A stretch of DNA of 56,547 bases from Rozella allomycis CSF55 (taxonomy: Eukaryota): positions 1-56,547 of the forward strand of contig KE561174.1 of the NCBI GenBank assembly GCA_000442015.1, in the 5' to 3' direction. The notes under the pieces were generated by a model that was not told the DNA's origin, did no database searches, and worked only from the letters and a program-made list of their open reading frames with translations. Every line of letters begins with the position of its first letter. Positions within the stretch are counted from its first letter, which is position 1. Below, one piece after another: positions 23,315 to 35,959 of the stretch. The position numbers and the translations under genes are program-made.

Positions 23315-25786
23315 ATGTTTTGCTTTGCATGGCTCATCTTCTGGACTGATTTAATTCTAGGGTTTTCAACAGATTACAGTAACATTTATTAGTATTTTAC
23401 AATGGTTCATTTATTAAACAAGTTGGATCATTTCAGAACTCACAAATATCCCAAATTGGAGCAAGAACATTGTTGGAAAGTTCGCAGGATGGTCAAACAA
23501 TGATTATAAACCTCGGAGAAAAGTAATATAGTTTAAAATCGTTCATAGGGCATTTCAAGTTTACTTGAAGCCTTCCAATATTGTTTCTCCCGATTCCAAT
23601 ATTCGCAACTCAATTGATCATCTACAATTATTGCAGGGATCGGTTGTAGGGCATGAAAATGATTCTACAGTTAGTATGACTATAAATTCAAAGGACAATT
23701 CATTTCATGGGAGGATCGTTATTGGTGATGAAGTGTATCACATCGACACGGTAGAATTCAACTCTACAAGCCATATCGTAAGTTACCAACCAAAAGATGT
23801 TCCTCAAAATGATTTCGGAAGTTGTAATGCGGGTGAAAATGAAGTGTTTCAAGGAAGAGAGAGGATTGCTGATTTTGTTCCTCAGCCTGTGCCGAGATCA
23901 GTAAATATTGGAAAGAAATGTATGATGGCTACTGTTGCAGATTATTCGTTTTATCAAAAATGGGGTGAACATACAATTGATGTCATACTTTCTGTTATGA
24001 ATGATGTTGATGCAATATACAAAAGAGACATTGATGTTTCAATCGGCGTCAAGTATATTTATATTGCCCAGAATAACGATCCTGTTATTTCTGTTAATCA
24101 AACAGTTTTGTCTAATTATTTGGCTAGCGTTCGAACACTCGTTGAAAACAATCAACTTCCGGACTTTGACAAAAACGATTACTGTCTGGTTAATGTACTT
24201 TCACATACATCATTTCAGGGGCTATTAGGTTTAGCTAACGTAAGATATCACTGAATCAAATTATAGTTGGATACACTATGCACATTCGGACCTGGAGTTT
24301 CCATCTCTACAGATTCATTAAATAATTGGACAAACTTAAGATCTGTTTTTGTAACGACTGTGGCCCATGAAATCGGACATAATTTCGGTTCTAGACACGA
24401 CACGCAAAATACAGTAAATCCACCTGATTGCGACCCGACCTATAAATACATAATGTACCCAACAGCTCAAGCGCCATCCATTAATTCGCAGACTTTTTCT
24501 TCGTGTTCCATAAGTTCAATGCAATCTGCCGTTGAATCAACTGGGTCTTGCTTTGTCTTCAGCAATGAATCCTCTTCTCTGAATTGGGATAATTACACCA
24601 ACTTTTGGGACCAGTATCCAGAAGATCAATGCAGGGTAAAGCATTTAATGATTCTTAAAAGAATCTATTTGCACTTGGTAAACTACCAAAGCTATCGGAC
24701 AACGACTATTGGACAGACTGCTTAAAGACACAATCTCCTAGCGATGTTTGTAACCTTGTCTGCACTAAAAATTCACAGCAAAATATCCAATGTACAAAAT
24801 TTTTAAATTCAGATCCACTTTTATCATCTCAATATGTTCCGAAAAGAGATGGCACTCCTTGTGATCCCTTGGACAGGAACAAAGTGTGCATCCAAGGTTC
24901 CTGTGTTACCGATACGAGAACAAACCTGTGCGATCCAAATCTTCAATGCTGTGATTCCTTTGGTAATAAAATGAGTAATGGCATGATTTGCAACATTGTG
25001 CAAAACAAAACGATCGTTAAATCTTTGGGATGTAGATTGCCTTATGATACTTGTGATGGACAATCTCTATTATACTGTCCTCCAAGAACTGCTGTCCCGA
25101 AATCTTCCTGTTCATGTAATAGCAATGGAAACAACTGCAAGGGTATTTGCGGAGATGCTCAGTATTTGGGTTCCTGTTTGGANATGATACTTGTGATGGA
25201 CAATCTCTTTTATACTGTCCCCCAAGAACTGCTGTCCCGAAATCTTCTTGTTCATGTAATAGCAATGGAAATAACTGCAAGGGTATTTGCGGAGATGCTC
25301 AGTATTTGGGTTCCTGTTTGGATAAACAATCAAAATCTCTATTGGGTTACAATTCTACCTTTAATTCAACATATTCACCTTGTTCTTCAGTGTCTTGTCC
25401 TACTGGTACTGCCTGTATTTTGGTTACAGGCGATCCATATTGTGCCCCTATTCTTTCAAGTATTTTATCTTTCTTTACAATTATTAGCTTCATGCAAATA
25501 CAGGTGTAATAATGACAATTTAAATGGACCTGGCTACCCTTGTTCATGTATGCCCACTTGCACTTCAAATTCCAATTGCTGTTCGGATTATAGTGATCAA
25601 TGTGTTGCTCTACCCTCTGCTTTAAGTTTGGATGGAATCGAAGAAAGGATGTTGAGATTTTGGTCAAAATATCAAACTTATATTATTTATGGGGGCGCAG
25701 GAGTTGCTGTCATTGCCGTTGGTTTAATCGCTAGAAGCGTCATTAAATCACGAGCTCGCTCTAGAATGGAAAATAATAAAGTGTAA
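23315..25786 (+). CDS. Membrane-anchored ADAM/reprolysin (M12B) metalloprotease with Cys-rich, disintegrin-like and somatomedin-B-like domains
   Basis: Signal peptide, prodomain (FHGRI...YHID), zinc motif HEIGHNFGSRHD with Met-turn YIMYP, DGTPC...VCIQGSC, CCD...CDGQS..CP, SCKYRC..CSC...C..CCSDY...C, then a TM. Start is approximate; N-join at 25183. Confidence 0.85.
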
Positions 25787-25838
25787 AAGATTTTAATCTC
25801 CCATTGTATTTATTAGCAATTTTTTCATGTTTTATTGC

Positions 25839-26682
25839 CTAATCTAGGGAAAGTAGTGCGAGCAAAGCTATGGAAAGTAAAGCTAAAGCTATAGTATTTC
25901 TAGACGCCAAAGATGCACTGGTAGGTGTAGAAGTGCCTTTTCTAAATTAAAAGTAATCATGTACTTGAAGTTGTTTCTTCAGTTCGGGTGGAACTAGATG
26001 ACGTTGAAGTGCTGTTCTTGTCAGTAGCGGGACTACTTTTTATCGAAGAGGTTGGGCGATCATTAGTATGAGAATCTGTGGAAGTTATTGGAATATCTGG
26101 TTGAGTAGTCTCAATAGGGGATTCAGATGTCGCTGTTGTGGACTCCAACGATGTGTTTGTTTCTGGATCTCTGCTTCTGGTATTAGAGCGAGTATTTCGA
26201 TCTGGTGTAGACCTTGTTTGTCGATCATTGCTCCTAGAAGTTCTTGTGTTCTTATCATTGGATGATCTGGTTGGACTTGGGATATCAGATGTCCTTGATG
26301 GCGTTCTTCCTGTGCTGCTTTCTCTTCTATTATCAGGTCTTTGATTATTTTATTTCAATTTATACCTTGAAGTGATTAAATCGCGGTCAGGGGTTGTCTC
26401 TTCAGGTTCTGGTTTAAGTGTTATGGTGATAACTTGATCATCTTCATCATCATCATCATCCCATGTAGTTTCCCTTTCTCTGTTTCTTTGTGGTTCACTT
26501 TTGATCAGTGCAGCTGGCGCTTTAGGAAATTCTCTAGCTTTAGGCCTGGCTGTTGGTTTCCAATTTCGGCCCGGTGATTCAGGAACAGCAAGGGGCACCA
26601 AAATGGCTGGGTCAAATACAATACTTTGGAAAAGGAAACCGCTGTAAAAGCAAGCTAAGAATATCACAAAACTAACAACCAT
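25839..26682 (-). CDS. Ser/Thr/Arg-rich mucin-like surface protein, probable GPI anchor
   Basis: Hydrophobic N-terminus, S/T-rich low-complexity body across two mini-introns, hydrophobic C-terminus (IALALLSIALLALLSLD*). Confidence 0.7.
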
Positions 26683-26832
26683 GCATATCAATCCGAACCA
26701 TGCAATGATATTACAAATTGGCACAAATATATTTAGCTTTTGAAGTTTGTGAATATGACAACGACAACGACAACGCTACATAGTTGAAGACATTTGAAAC
26801 AAGAATGACATGTGACCCATGACGATTGCAGC

Positions 26833-28217
26833 ATGAAAATTGTTTTCTGCACATTTCTACTGGCTAGTGTTTTCGCTCACAAGAATGTATGGGAAGAATT
26901 TTTTGATTTCAAAGATAACTATTTGGTAGATAATAATTACTTTCCTCAAACCAAAGCTGTTTTAAAAGGGCCTGAGATTATGTATAAACCCGACAAAGAT
27001 ATCTTGAATGGGAATATATGGCATATTATATCAAGAAAAATATCTCTGGACGATTTTTTAAAGCTTCAAGTTGGAATACCTTGGTTTAGAAGCATGATGC
27101 CAACCTTACCTATTCATCATGATGACTTGATTGAATTTATTACATTCTGTTTAACATTTGACAAAAAGATTAAAAATAATAGACTGGGAATATGTCAAAA
27201 GCATCTGAATCATATTTTCAATAACCCCAATATTGTCAATATGATAGCAATGTCTCCAAAATTAATGATAGATTCTTTCCATGCTAGTTCACCTGTTTCA
27301 TTAAAATATTTGAGGAGAAAATTTAAAGTTTCCCATTTATCAGCTTGGATTATCGCGGGTATGAAAACATCACAAATTTATGATATACTTCACAAATTTC
27401 TGTCTTCCAATTTGTCAATAACAAACGATGTATTCGTTTTATGTTTATCGAGAGGTATTGATCTAAGTCTTCTACTTAAATTGTTTAAAAGTGATGTCTC
27501 TCAACGGGGAGTTGTCAAACACTTCTTGTTTGCGAAACTTCATAAATGGGGTTGGCATATGAATTTCGATTATATCACGCAGATGTTGATACCATTAATT
27601 GCCTTTTATAAACCACATAATTTTTTAGAATTTGAATCCCACTTTCTCAAATTATCGATAGGTATGGAAAGCCTTCATCAAAATCGTCATTTTTTCATGT
27701 CAATCTCATTATTGTTCGACAACGTCTCTATGTTTAAATTCATTAACAAACACTATACCAATAGATCTTTAACGATAGATTTAATACATTATAGACAATT
27801 TCTTTTAAAGCCTTCAACTGTTCATNATGTTATAAACCGCATAATGTTTTAGAATTTGAATCTCACTTTCTCAAATTATCGATAGGTATGGAAAGCCTTC
27901 ATCTAAATCGTCATTTTTTCATGTCAATCTCATTAATGTTCGACAACGTCGCCATGTTTAAATTCATTGACAAACACTATACCAAGAGATTTTTAAAGAT
28001 AGACTTAATACATTATAGACAATTTCTTTTAAAGCCTTCCACTGTGCATCACTTTTTAAATTCTGCAGCCGAATCATCGTTCAGTATCTATATTCATGAA
28101 ATTAATCGGCATCGCACTTCCAAAAACTTTAATATTACAAAGAAAACCAAAAATGTTATAATGACAAGGCGATCAACGGTTAGGCATCAGAAAATAAAGG
28201 CGATATTGAATTTGTGA
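26833..28217 (+). CDS. Secreted hypothetical protein, intronless; split by an N-joined duplicate segment
   Basis: Signal peptide MKIVFCTFLLASVFA. ORFs 26812-27852 and 27888-28217 overlap in sequence across the N at 27826. Confidence 0.65.
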
Positions 28218-28641
28218 TTTTATTACATTACTATACAATTTATTCAAACATCTGCTTAATGTTTTTAGGAGTGGAATCATCATTTAGATGCTTTGTGCTA
28301 TACTTTAGCGCGTTAATTAAAGCGTTAGAATGGTTTCCACCTTCGTTTTCTATAATTTTTAATACATTTTTAATCTTTTAATTTGATGAACATATGTTAC
28401 TGATATAGGCGAGCTTTTTGCAAAGACACCGTCTGAATGAAAATTATCGTACAACACAATGCAACAAACCATTACATGCAAACACAATATCACTTGGTCC
28501 TCAATGACAATTCTTTAAATGCCAATGAATATAGGTACCTTTTCTTTGATATATTGTTTAAGCAAATTGAAGACATTAGTGACAAACAGTACGTAACACT
28601 TGAACTCACTATATGATCCTTTTAAAAGAATATCTTATAGA
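28139..28641. repeat. ~500-bp near-identical copy of 28649-29151 (3' part of CYRI gene), probable uncollapsed haplotype
   Basis: Direct repeat abutting the single N at 28642, with scattered substitutions. Confidence 0.8.
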
Positions 28642-28749
28642 NTATTTCAAAGAAAACCAAAAATGTTATAATGACAAAGCGGTCAACGGACAGGCATCAG
28701 AAAATAAAGGCGATATTGAATTTGTAATTTTATTACATTATTATACAAT

Positions 28750-29883
28750 TTATTCAAACATCTGCTTAATGTTTTTAGGAGTGGAATCATCATTTAGATG
28801 CTTTGTGCTATACTTTAGCGCGTTAATTAAAGCGTTAGAATGGTTTCCACCTTCGTTTTCTATGATTTTTAGTACATTTTTAATCTTTTAATTTGATGAA
28901 CATATGTTACTGATATAGGTGAGCTTTTTGCAAAGACACCGTCTGAATGAAAATTATCATACAACACAATGCAACAAACCATTACATGCAAACACAGTAT
29001 CACTTGATCCTCAATGACAATTCTTTAAATATCAATGAATAAAGGTACCTTTTCTTTGATATATTGTTTAGGCAAATTGAAGACATTAGTGACAAACAGT
29101 CCGTAACACTTGAACTCACTATATGATCCTTTTAAAAGAATATCTTATAGATACTTTGGTAAAATACAGAGAGAATGCACTAATAGTTGCTTGCAACATC
29201 GGAGTAGGATATGCATAAAAAAGTGACATCTTGTCAGCCAATTCACCTTTAACAATAGCCGAAGACATGTTCTCATGTAAATGATTGAATGAAAAATACC
29301 ATGTCTCCTGAATTTGACCTAAGCTTCGATAAAGTTCGCCGATAATACGAAAAGTCATTTTGAATGTTTGGGTTGCTCATCTATGTAAAATGAGCTATTG
29401 ATATCATACTTTGAAAGAGTCGAAAATCATAACGAAATGTAGAACCTTAGCCATTGTGGCGGATAGCGCTTTGTTCGTTTCCAAATTCTTCAAGGGCTCG
29501 CCAGCCCCTAAGTGTTTCATTAGCATTAAGAGAACTTCGTGAATCACGATGGAAAACTCGTATGCTTGCTTTAAGGTGAGGACGCTGGGTAAGAGGCTCT
29601 CCCATGCCTTCTTTTCATTGTCTTTTGTGGGTGAAGATATGGCCTAATTATTTTTCCAAAGGTTTTATTACTGATCGGATCTCTTCACTGCATCCTTTGT
29701 ATGATTTTATTAAATCAATGATAGAATCTGACTGTTTTAACATGGCGTTGACCTTCTTATGCAATTCTCTCTCATCGTCATTCGGTTGTACTTTTAATCA
29801 AAGAAATTCTAATTACTCTCTAAATCCAGTATAACATGCTGCGTCGGATCATTTTGGGTTCTTGTAGATAGAATTAATCCCAT
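28750..29883 (-). CDS. FAM49: CYRI/FAM49 (CYFIP-related Rac1 interactor), multi-exon
   Basis: Spliced translation: N-terminal MGLILS, NPNIQNDFSYYRRTLS, KMSLFYAYPTPML, LINALKYSTKHLNDDSTPKNIKQMF*. Confidence 0.9.
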
Positions 29884-29972
29884 AACAAAGACGATTGGTA
29901 AACAAACACATTACCCAGTACAATGAGTTCTATTAGTTTGACACAGCTGTGAATTAATTATAAGTATATTTA

Positions 29973-30863
29973 TTAAAGATAATAGGCCACGAGAAAAGAT
30001 ATCAAGAACGATATGAAATAGGCGGGCGCTGCAGAGTTGCTGTCTGATGAAATACCTCCACCATTACCCCCGTTTGAGGTTCGTGAGTTTGGAGATATCT
30101 TTGATATTGGATTATTTGTAGCAGGTGGAAGACATGTATTAGTGCCATTTGAGTTTGCCACTATCTTGAATAGCTGCGAGTTTCCTCCGAATTGTTCAGT
30201 ATAACCAGGTTGACTTGATGGAGGATTATATTGCGTAAAAATGCTGACCAAATATATTTTGCTATCTGAAGGAGTAACTGTGCTAGGAACTTGGAACGTT
30301 ATGCCTTGGACTTTCGCCTCTACTGATCTTGTAACAGTGTAAACAGCTGAATTTCCTCCATTTTGGTAGATATGCACCGCCAAATTCGCTGGCATTTGGG
30401 GTACTCTTGGATAGTCCCACGATATCGTGACGTTTCTACATACTTCCCAGGTTGTATCAGGAGTTGGACTGAGTATTTTAAACTGCTTCAATGGTTCACT
30501 TCCTGTATTAGTTATAATAAAGTATTCGCTGTAGGTAGAAAATGCAGCTTCCGTCTTTCCAGCAACAGAGCCCCAAATGTAAAGACGATAAAATGATGAT
30601 GTTTCCAAATTAGTTGGCACAGTCATCTCATAAGAGTTTAATGATGTACTTATTGATCGAACGACAGAAACCGGAACGTTCATTAAATTATCACGATTAA
30701 TAAGGTCAATATTGAGTTGGGAGGTGACTTCACCAGTGGTTTCCCATTGAATCAATATAGTAGATCCTGTAGTATAGTTTCCACCGATTGGATTAGTGAC
30801 TGTTATGTTTCCAAAGGAAAATACCTTTGATAATAGCAAGAAAAAGCAAATGAGCCAGACCAT
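29973..30863 (-). CDS. GPI-anchored protein with two Kre9/Knh1-like (Ser-Thr-rich GPI family) beta domains
   Basis: Signal peptide; two repeats of the form (I/L)xxP...(G/C)xx(I/V)xIxW...VP....Y....S..F.I; S/G/N-rich linker; hydrophobic C-terminus. Confidence 0.75.
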   Translation of the reverse strand: MVWLICFFLLLSKVFSFGNITVTNPIGGNYTTGSTILIQWETTGEVTSQLNIDLINRDNLMNVPVSVVRSISTSLNSYEMTVPTNLETSSFYRLYIWGSVAGKTEAAFSTYSEYFIITNTGSEPLKQFKILSPTPDTTWEVCRNVTISWDYPRVPQMPANLAVHIYQNGGNSAVYTVTRSVEAKVQGITFQVPSTVTPSDSKIYLVSIFTQYNPPSSQPGYTEQFGGNSQLFKIVANSNGTNTCLPPATNNPISKISPNSRTSNGGNGGGISSDSNSAAPAYFISFLISFLVAYYL

Positions 30864-30955
30864 TTGAGATTCGGAAATTAGCGGAGTTTTGAATTAATAG
30901 GCATAAGGCAATAATATAAAATTAAACGCTATTTTCAAATTTTATTTTAACAATT

Positions 30956-32476
30956 TTATTTTAATTTATTTAATTCGTGCATTAATGTTTCGATATCTGG
31001 AGAGTTGTCATCGTCAAAAGAGTAAGGTGGAGGGTTACCTTTGAGATCTGGCTCTACCTTTACTGAAATGTTAAACATGTCCTTTGGAGAATGAAAAGGC
31101 TTTGTAAGGATAAAGTACTGTAGTGAATCGTCATGTTGAAAAGGATATTGACTGCCTTTAAAGTACATAAACAAATCCATGGCTTCTTGTCTTTGCTCTA
31201 ATTAAAAAGTGAAATAAAATTATGATACCCGGTTTTTCTAATTCAGAAAAGTCATGAAGAAACATGCCAAGGAAAGGAATCGCAGGACTAGGCCTTCTTT
31301 TTAACAACCCTCTCAAATAACCAAAATTGTTTTCCTCAGATACACTAAAAAATCATCATTCAGTGGTTTACAGTTTACTCAATGCCTCAAGAGCAGAGCA
31401 TGAACTTTTTGAAACTCTTGCCCACGTTGAATTTAATCTGTTGATGGGCAAATCCAAAAGCGAGGTTACCACACATTTAAGCATATTGAACGAGCATAAC
31501 TCTGAAAGATGTTGACAAACATTAACAAAAAATTGAATGACATTGGCTCTTTTTCCTGGGTCATCTTGAGTTAAAATGGATAATTGAACAAAACTAATCA
31601 TGTAGTTGAAAAAGTCAATATTTTGTGAAATATTTGGTGAAAGATTCATTCTATTCATTTTAGTCCAATTAGAGTCTTTGAACTCATGTTCCTGGACTCT
31701 TCTTAATATTTCAATATCAATTAAGGTGATTTGTTTTGCTAATAACTTTGGATCCAAATCAATAATCTTTTTCTCAGTAATATTGGCAACTTTTGTTTGA
31801 ATAGCTCCCCTTTTAACTTTTAAGATTTCATAAGTTTCGAGGCAATTTCTTAATTTAGGCAAAAATGATGTTTTCTGGTTTTTATTTTTTGATTCAAGCT
31901 GAATAAATTCTATTTCATTCTCAAGTTTCATGATGTCCATATTTATTTTATTCAATTCTACATATAATTTGGGAGCAGGTATGGTGGGACGATCGTATCA
32001 ATTATAGTATAGCTATTTTCTTCAAAATCGCGTACAGTTTCAAGATNTTTTCATGACCTCCATATTGATTTTATTCAATTCTACATATATTTTGGGAGCA
32101 GGTATTTGTGGGACTATCGTATCAATTATAGTATAACTATTTTCTTCAAAATCAAGAGCAGTTTCAAGCTTAGATTTATCATCTTTTACGTTCACCACAG
32201 CGTTTTCATTTGAATGGGTATTTGATAAAACACTTTCGTTGATGTGGACAATAACATCTTCGCATTTCGCACTGCAAAGCCTAATCATACCCCACAAACT
32301 CTTTAATGAATCTTAGTTATGAATTAAGTGATTAGTAGACCTTTGTCGCTTTCATAAGTTTTGAGGCAGTTGAACAGTTTTTGACAAGCTTCATGGTAGC
32401 CTTCATACGCATTTAAATATTTGCCTTGTTTATGATATTCCAAAGCGCTCTCCAAAATGGCGTCAATTTCTTGCAT
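30956..32476 (-). CDS. RasGEF (CDC25 domain) protein with N-terminal helical domain, multi-exon
   Basis: LDPKLLAKQITLID, SPNI....FFN, RANVIQFFV..CQHL....SFN, INRLNSTW, PAIPFLGMFLHD; N-join at 32047. Confidence 0.85.
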
Positions 32477-32549
32477 TCCAATATATTTGTCAACTTGTCA
32501 AAGGCTGAGCTGTCGAAACGATGAAAAATTTAAATACATCGAAATAAAT

Positions 32550-33949
32550 TTATTGCGCATTAAAATATGGTAACTTTTTCACTTGTGATATTGTTGGTCT
32601 CTTCCGATAATCTGTAGTGAGAATTGATGAAATTAATTCTTTCAATGAGCTGTTTTGAAAAGATTCAGGAAATGGCTTATACTTGCCGCTTATTATTGAC
32701 AATTGCAGTCTTGGAGGGAAAGAGTCAGAAAAGGGAAGATTACCTGTGGCCAAAGCATAAAATACAACTCCTAACGACCAAACATCAGACGCTTTAAGTC
32801 TGTCAAACACATTTCCATCTATTGAAAGTCTGTGCGAAGAAAGAGATACCTCTTCAGGGGGACTGTAGGCCAAGGAGCCAGATGCTAAACATATTTTCTC
32901 AGAAGAGCAAAGGGCAAGGGATTCTGAAAGACCAAAATCACATAGCCAAATATGATAGTCAAAGTCTACAAGAATATTCTCTAATTTAATATCACGATGC
33001 GCTACATTTGCGTCTTCGTGCAAGTACAAAATTGCATCAGTAAGTTGATATATGACATCTTTAAGTACATTATCATCCGAAAGAGCACCATTTTTCATTA
33101 AAAATTGAAGAAAATTGCCTTTAGCAGCAGCCGGACTTACTGCGATTTTTGTTTCCTCTGTGACAAGAATTTCTATCAGAGGCAAAATGTTTGGGTGATC
33201 CAATGTCTTCCATATGTTAATTTCTTTTTCAAAAATATTCATAGAGGTCTCGTCCGCTTTTTGAACGACCTTTAATGCCACTTTTACTGACATATTTGAG
33301 TCCTTATCATCTGCCGGTAGTTGTGTGAATGCTTCTCGTACTTCTGAGAAAGCGCCAGTTCCTATTACCTCACCGATAACGTAGCCTTCAACTATTTCTC
33401 CTTTCTGGAATGAGAACGAAGTATTTTTCATTTCTGCCATTCCCGATAAAAATTCAACTGCGGGACTTTGAGGACAAGAAGAGTAAGAAATTGAAGAGTT
33501 TACAGATTTTGAACGATGATGATAACGGGATTTCCGATCCCCAAATTCATGAGCTTTAATGCTATTTTTCCTTAACCTGTTCGTTATGAAGTCTCTATTT
33601 TGAAACGTATAATTAGTTGTGCCGCCATCAATAAATTCATTTTTTATGGTGTTTCTGGTGGGTTGAAGCATTATACCTAATGCAGATGTTCTGACAGGTA
33701 ATTTTCCTTGAGTATTGATTTTTTCCAAGGAAAGAGGTCTTGCTAAAAACAAAGATTCTTCGTTATTTCGTAATTCGAAGTCTAAAAATAATTTTTCTAC
33801 ATTTTACTGTCTTCCCTCCTAGCATATTGTGTAGATTCAGATTCCTCCTTGTGAGGTACGTCTGACTGATTCAATTGAAGTTGATCAAAAGTTTTACTGA
33901 TTGTTTGTGTTTGAATTTCGTCATTTGATATCCTCGATTCATCATTCAT
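32550..33949 (-). CDS. Ser/Thr protein kinase, CAMK group (fungal Nnk1-like)
   Basis: IGTGAFSEV, VALK, HRDIKLEN, DFG, GSLAYSPPE, DVWSLG; SPAVEFLS motif before the kinase domain; one 5' intron. Confidence 0.88.
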
Positions 33950-34248
33950 GATATAGTTTCTAAGGTAAACAAATGTTGAAAATTCGCAAAAGGTTACACG
34001 GCATTTCAAAAAACTGCTGAGATTCTGAATAAAGAAATTGCGAGACAATTTTGTATTATATCTTTGGCATTGTGCCTTTCTGGCCAAACCGCAATTGATA
34101 TTGTTGTCTGTTTCTTCTTTCGCCAAATTTTGAGTTGCTGAGTTGTTGTCTTTTTTCGATTAAAATTTAATTAATTAATATTAACAACAGGCTTTCCCAG
34201 ATAAAAAAGAATTTATCAGATTCTTACTATAGTGACCCTTGTAAATTT

Positions 34249-34847
34249 ATGTTTCGATTTTATCCCCTCACCTATCGCAACCTTGCGAAACCCCACATAA
34301 TTGATAAGATTAGAGTTCAATCAAGATGCTTTTCTCAATCGCGTGAGACTGCAAATGAACTGTTCAAGTTCACGAATAAAGTGGTTCACGAGAAGGCTCC
34401 ACCATCTTTAAGGACATGTAATCAATATTAGTAATAATTATAGTGTATGGTAGAACCAAAGATATTACCATGTGGACGGTGAACCACTGTATCGCCTACG
34501 GCACATTGTTTCGCAGAGTAATGCGAGAATTTCAATTCAGATTACCTACAAGCGAGGATTTCGACCCGGCATTTCGTGGTTACTTCAATGGTCTAAGATC
34601 CTTTGTTTCCAAAGGTCCTTTTGAGTATACATGGGAAGAGTTGATATATTGGGCCAGAATCGCAGCTCACATAGGCGCGTTTTATTACATGTCAAAGTTA
34701 TTGGCTATGGCTGTTTCATTTCTTGTGATTCGTGAATTCCGTTTATATGAATACAGAAAAATAAAGCGTGAAAGATTGAAAGCGTTATCATCAGGACAGG
34801 CAAAAGTTGAAGACGGGGATATTGTTCCAGTTAATAATAAACATTAA
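34249..34847 (+). CDS. Probable mitochondrial membrane protein, divergent ATP synthase subunit g-like
   Basis: Arg-rich presequence-like N-terminus. LPTSEDF...YTWEELI...AAHIGAFYYMSKLL resembles subunit g (PPT....LTVKEA...ATEV..WFYVGEII). One intron. Confidence 0.45.
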
Positions 34848-34900
34848 CGTTCCTCAAGTCTAAACCCAAATTTATTTCCAAATTTTCAAATTTCGTGTTC

Positions 34901-35840
34901 ATGGATTTCTACACCTTTAGAGAAATATTAGATGCAAGAGTAAATAAGCATTAATAACGCAAAAGGCAGAGCAAAGAGAAAAGGTAATTGCAGCTTCAAA
35001 ATCAATAACTCGAATGTCAAAGAAGATAGGGTTTGCTATTGCAAGATTTGGTTTCAAACTTGGTAAAGCCATTCCAGTCATCTCAAAAGAACAAAATGTG
35101 CATCAAGAAATCAAAGACCTGATTGCATCGTGCTCTCGTCAATTTAAGACTCTAGAACAACTGCTTCCTCATAATATGGATAATGAAAAGTAAAATTTAG
35201 TTAGATCGCTCATGAAAGATATCATTCACACACAACTCATTGTCTTCAAGAATTCATTGAGGGAGTTTCCTCTTATCATTTTTTATGTGAATTTAAGATA
35301 ATAGGGTACCATGATTTGGTTAAAAATTACTTTGAAGAGTCAATAGTAAAAACGTGATTTGAGTATGATAGATTCAACCAACCGTGATTGACTATCTACT
35401 AGGCATTTCCGACATGACAGGGGAGATCATGAAGGTATGTGTGGCTTCATTTAGTCACGCTAATATGAATTTAATTACAATTTCACATAAACTTCTTTCC
35501 AAAATATATCAAGGTATATGTCTGCAATTAATTCTTATAGATTGTTCCTTTATATCTTGTTTTCTCATAATAAAAGACAAGCTTAAGATTATGAAAAACA
35601 GTTTAATGAANGAAAATATATCAAGGTATATTTCTGCAATTAGTTCTTATAGATTGTTCCTTTATATCTTGCTTTCTCATAATAAAAGACAAGCTTAAGA
35701 TTATGAAAAACAGTTTAATGAAAATAGAGGCATGTAATTTTGTTTAAAAATACCGATGCCTAGGTATATGCTCTGTACATTTAAGAACCGTTGAATTTGA
35801 CGAAAATCAATTGATAAATTTTTGCAAAACAATCCAATAG
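34901..35840 (+). CDS. Translin-family protein (TRAX-like), multi-exon
   Basis: EKVIAASKSITRMSKKI, LQEFIEG, DYLLGISDMTGEIMK, KLKIMKNSLMKIE; N-join at 35611. End is approximate. Confidence 0.82.
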
Positions 35841-35959
35841 ATGTGGAATTACCAGAATAAATATGAAGATTATTTAAAATCTTAAACAGCATTCTTTTTT
35901 TTCCATTCATTATTCTAGGCTAATATTTATATATTCAGCCACATCTTTCCAAAACCCTA

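Noticed and set aside
25044-25322. Tandem duplication of a Cys-rich segment of the protease
   Set aside because: Near-identical copies joined by the N at 25183; collapsing them restores one reading frame.
26757-26775. (GACAAC)x3 microsatellite
   Set aside because: Too short to be informative.
28139-29151. Partial second CYRI gene / segmental duplication
   Set aside because: Copies abut the N at 28642 and are near-identical; best explained as two haplotypes.
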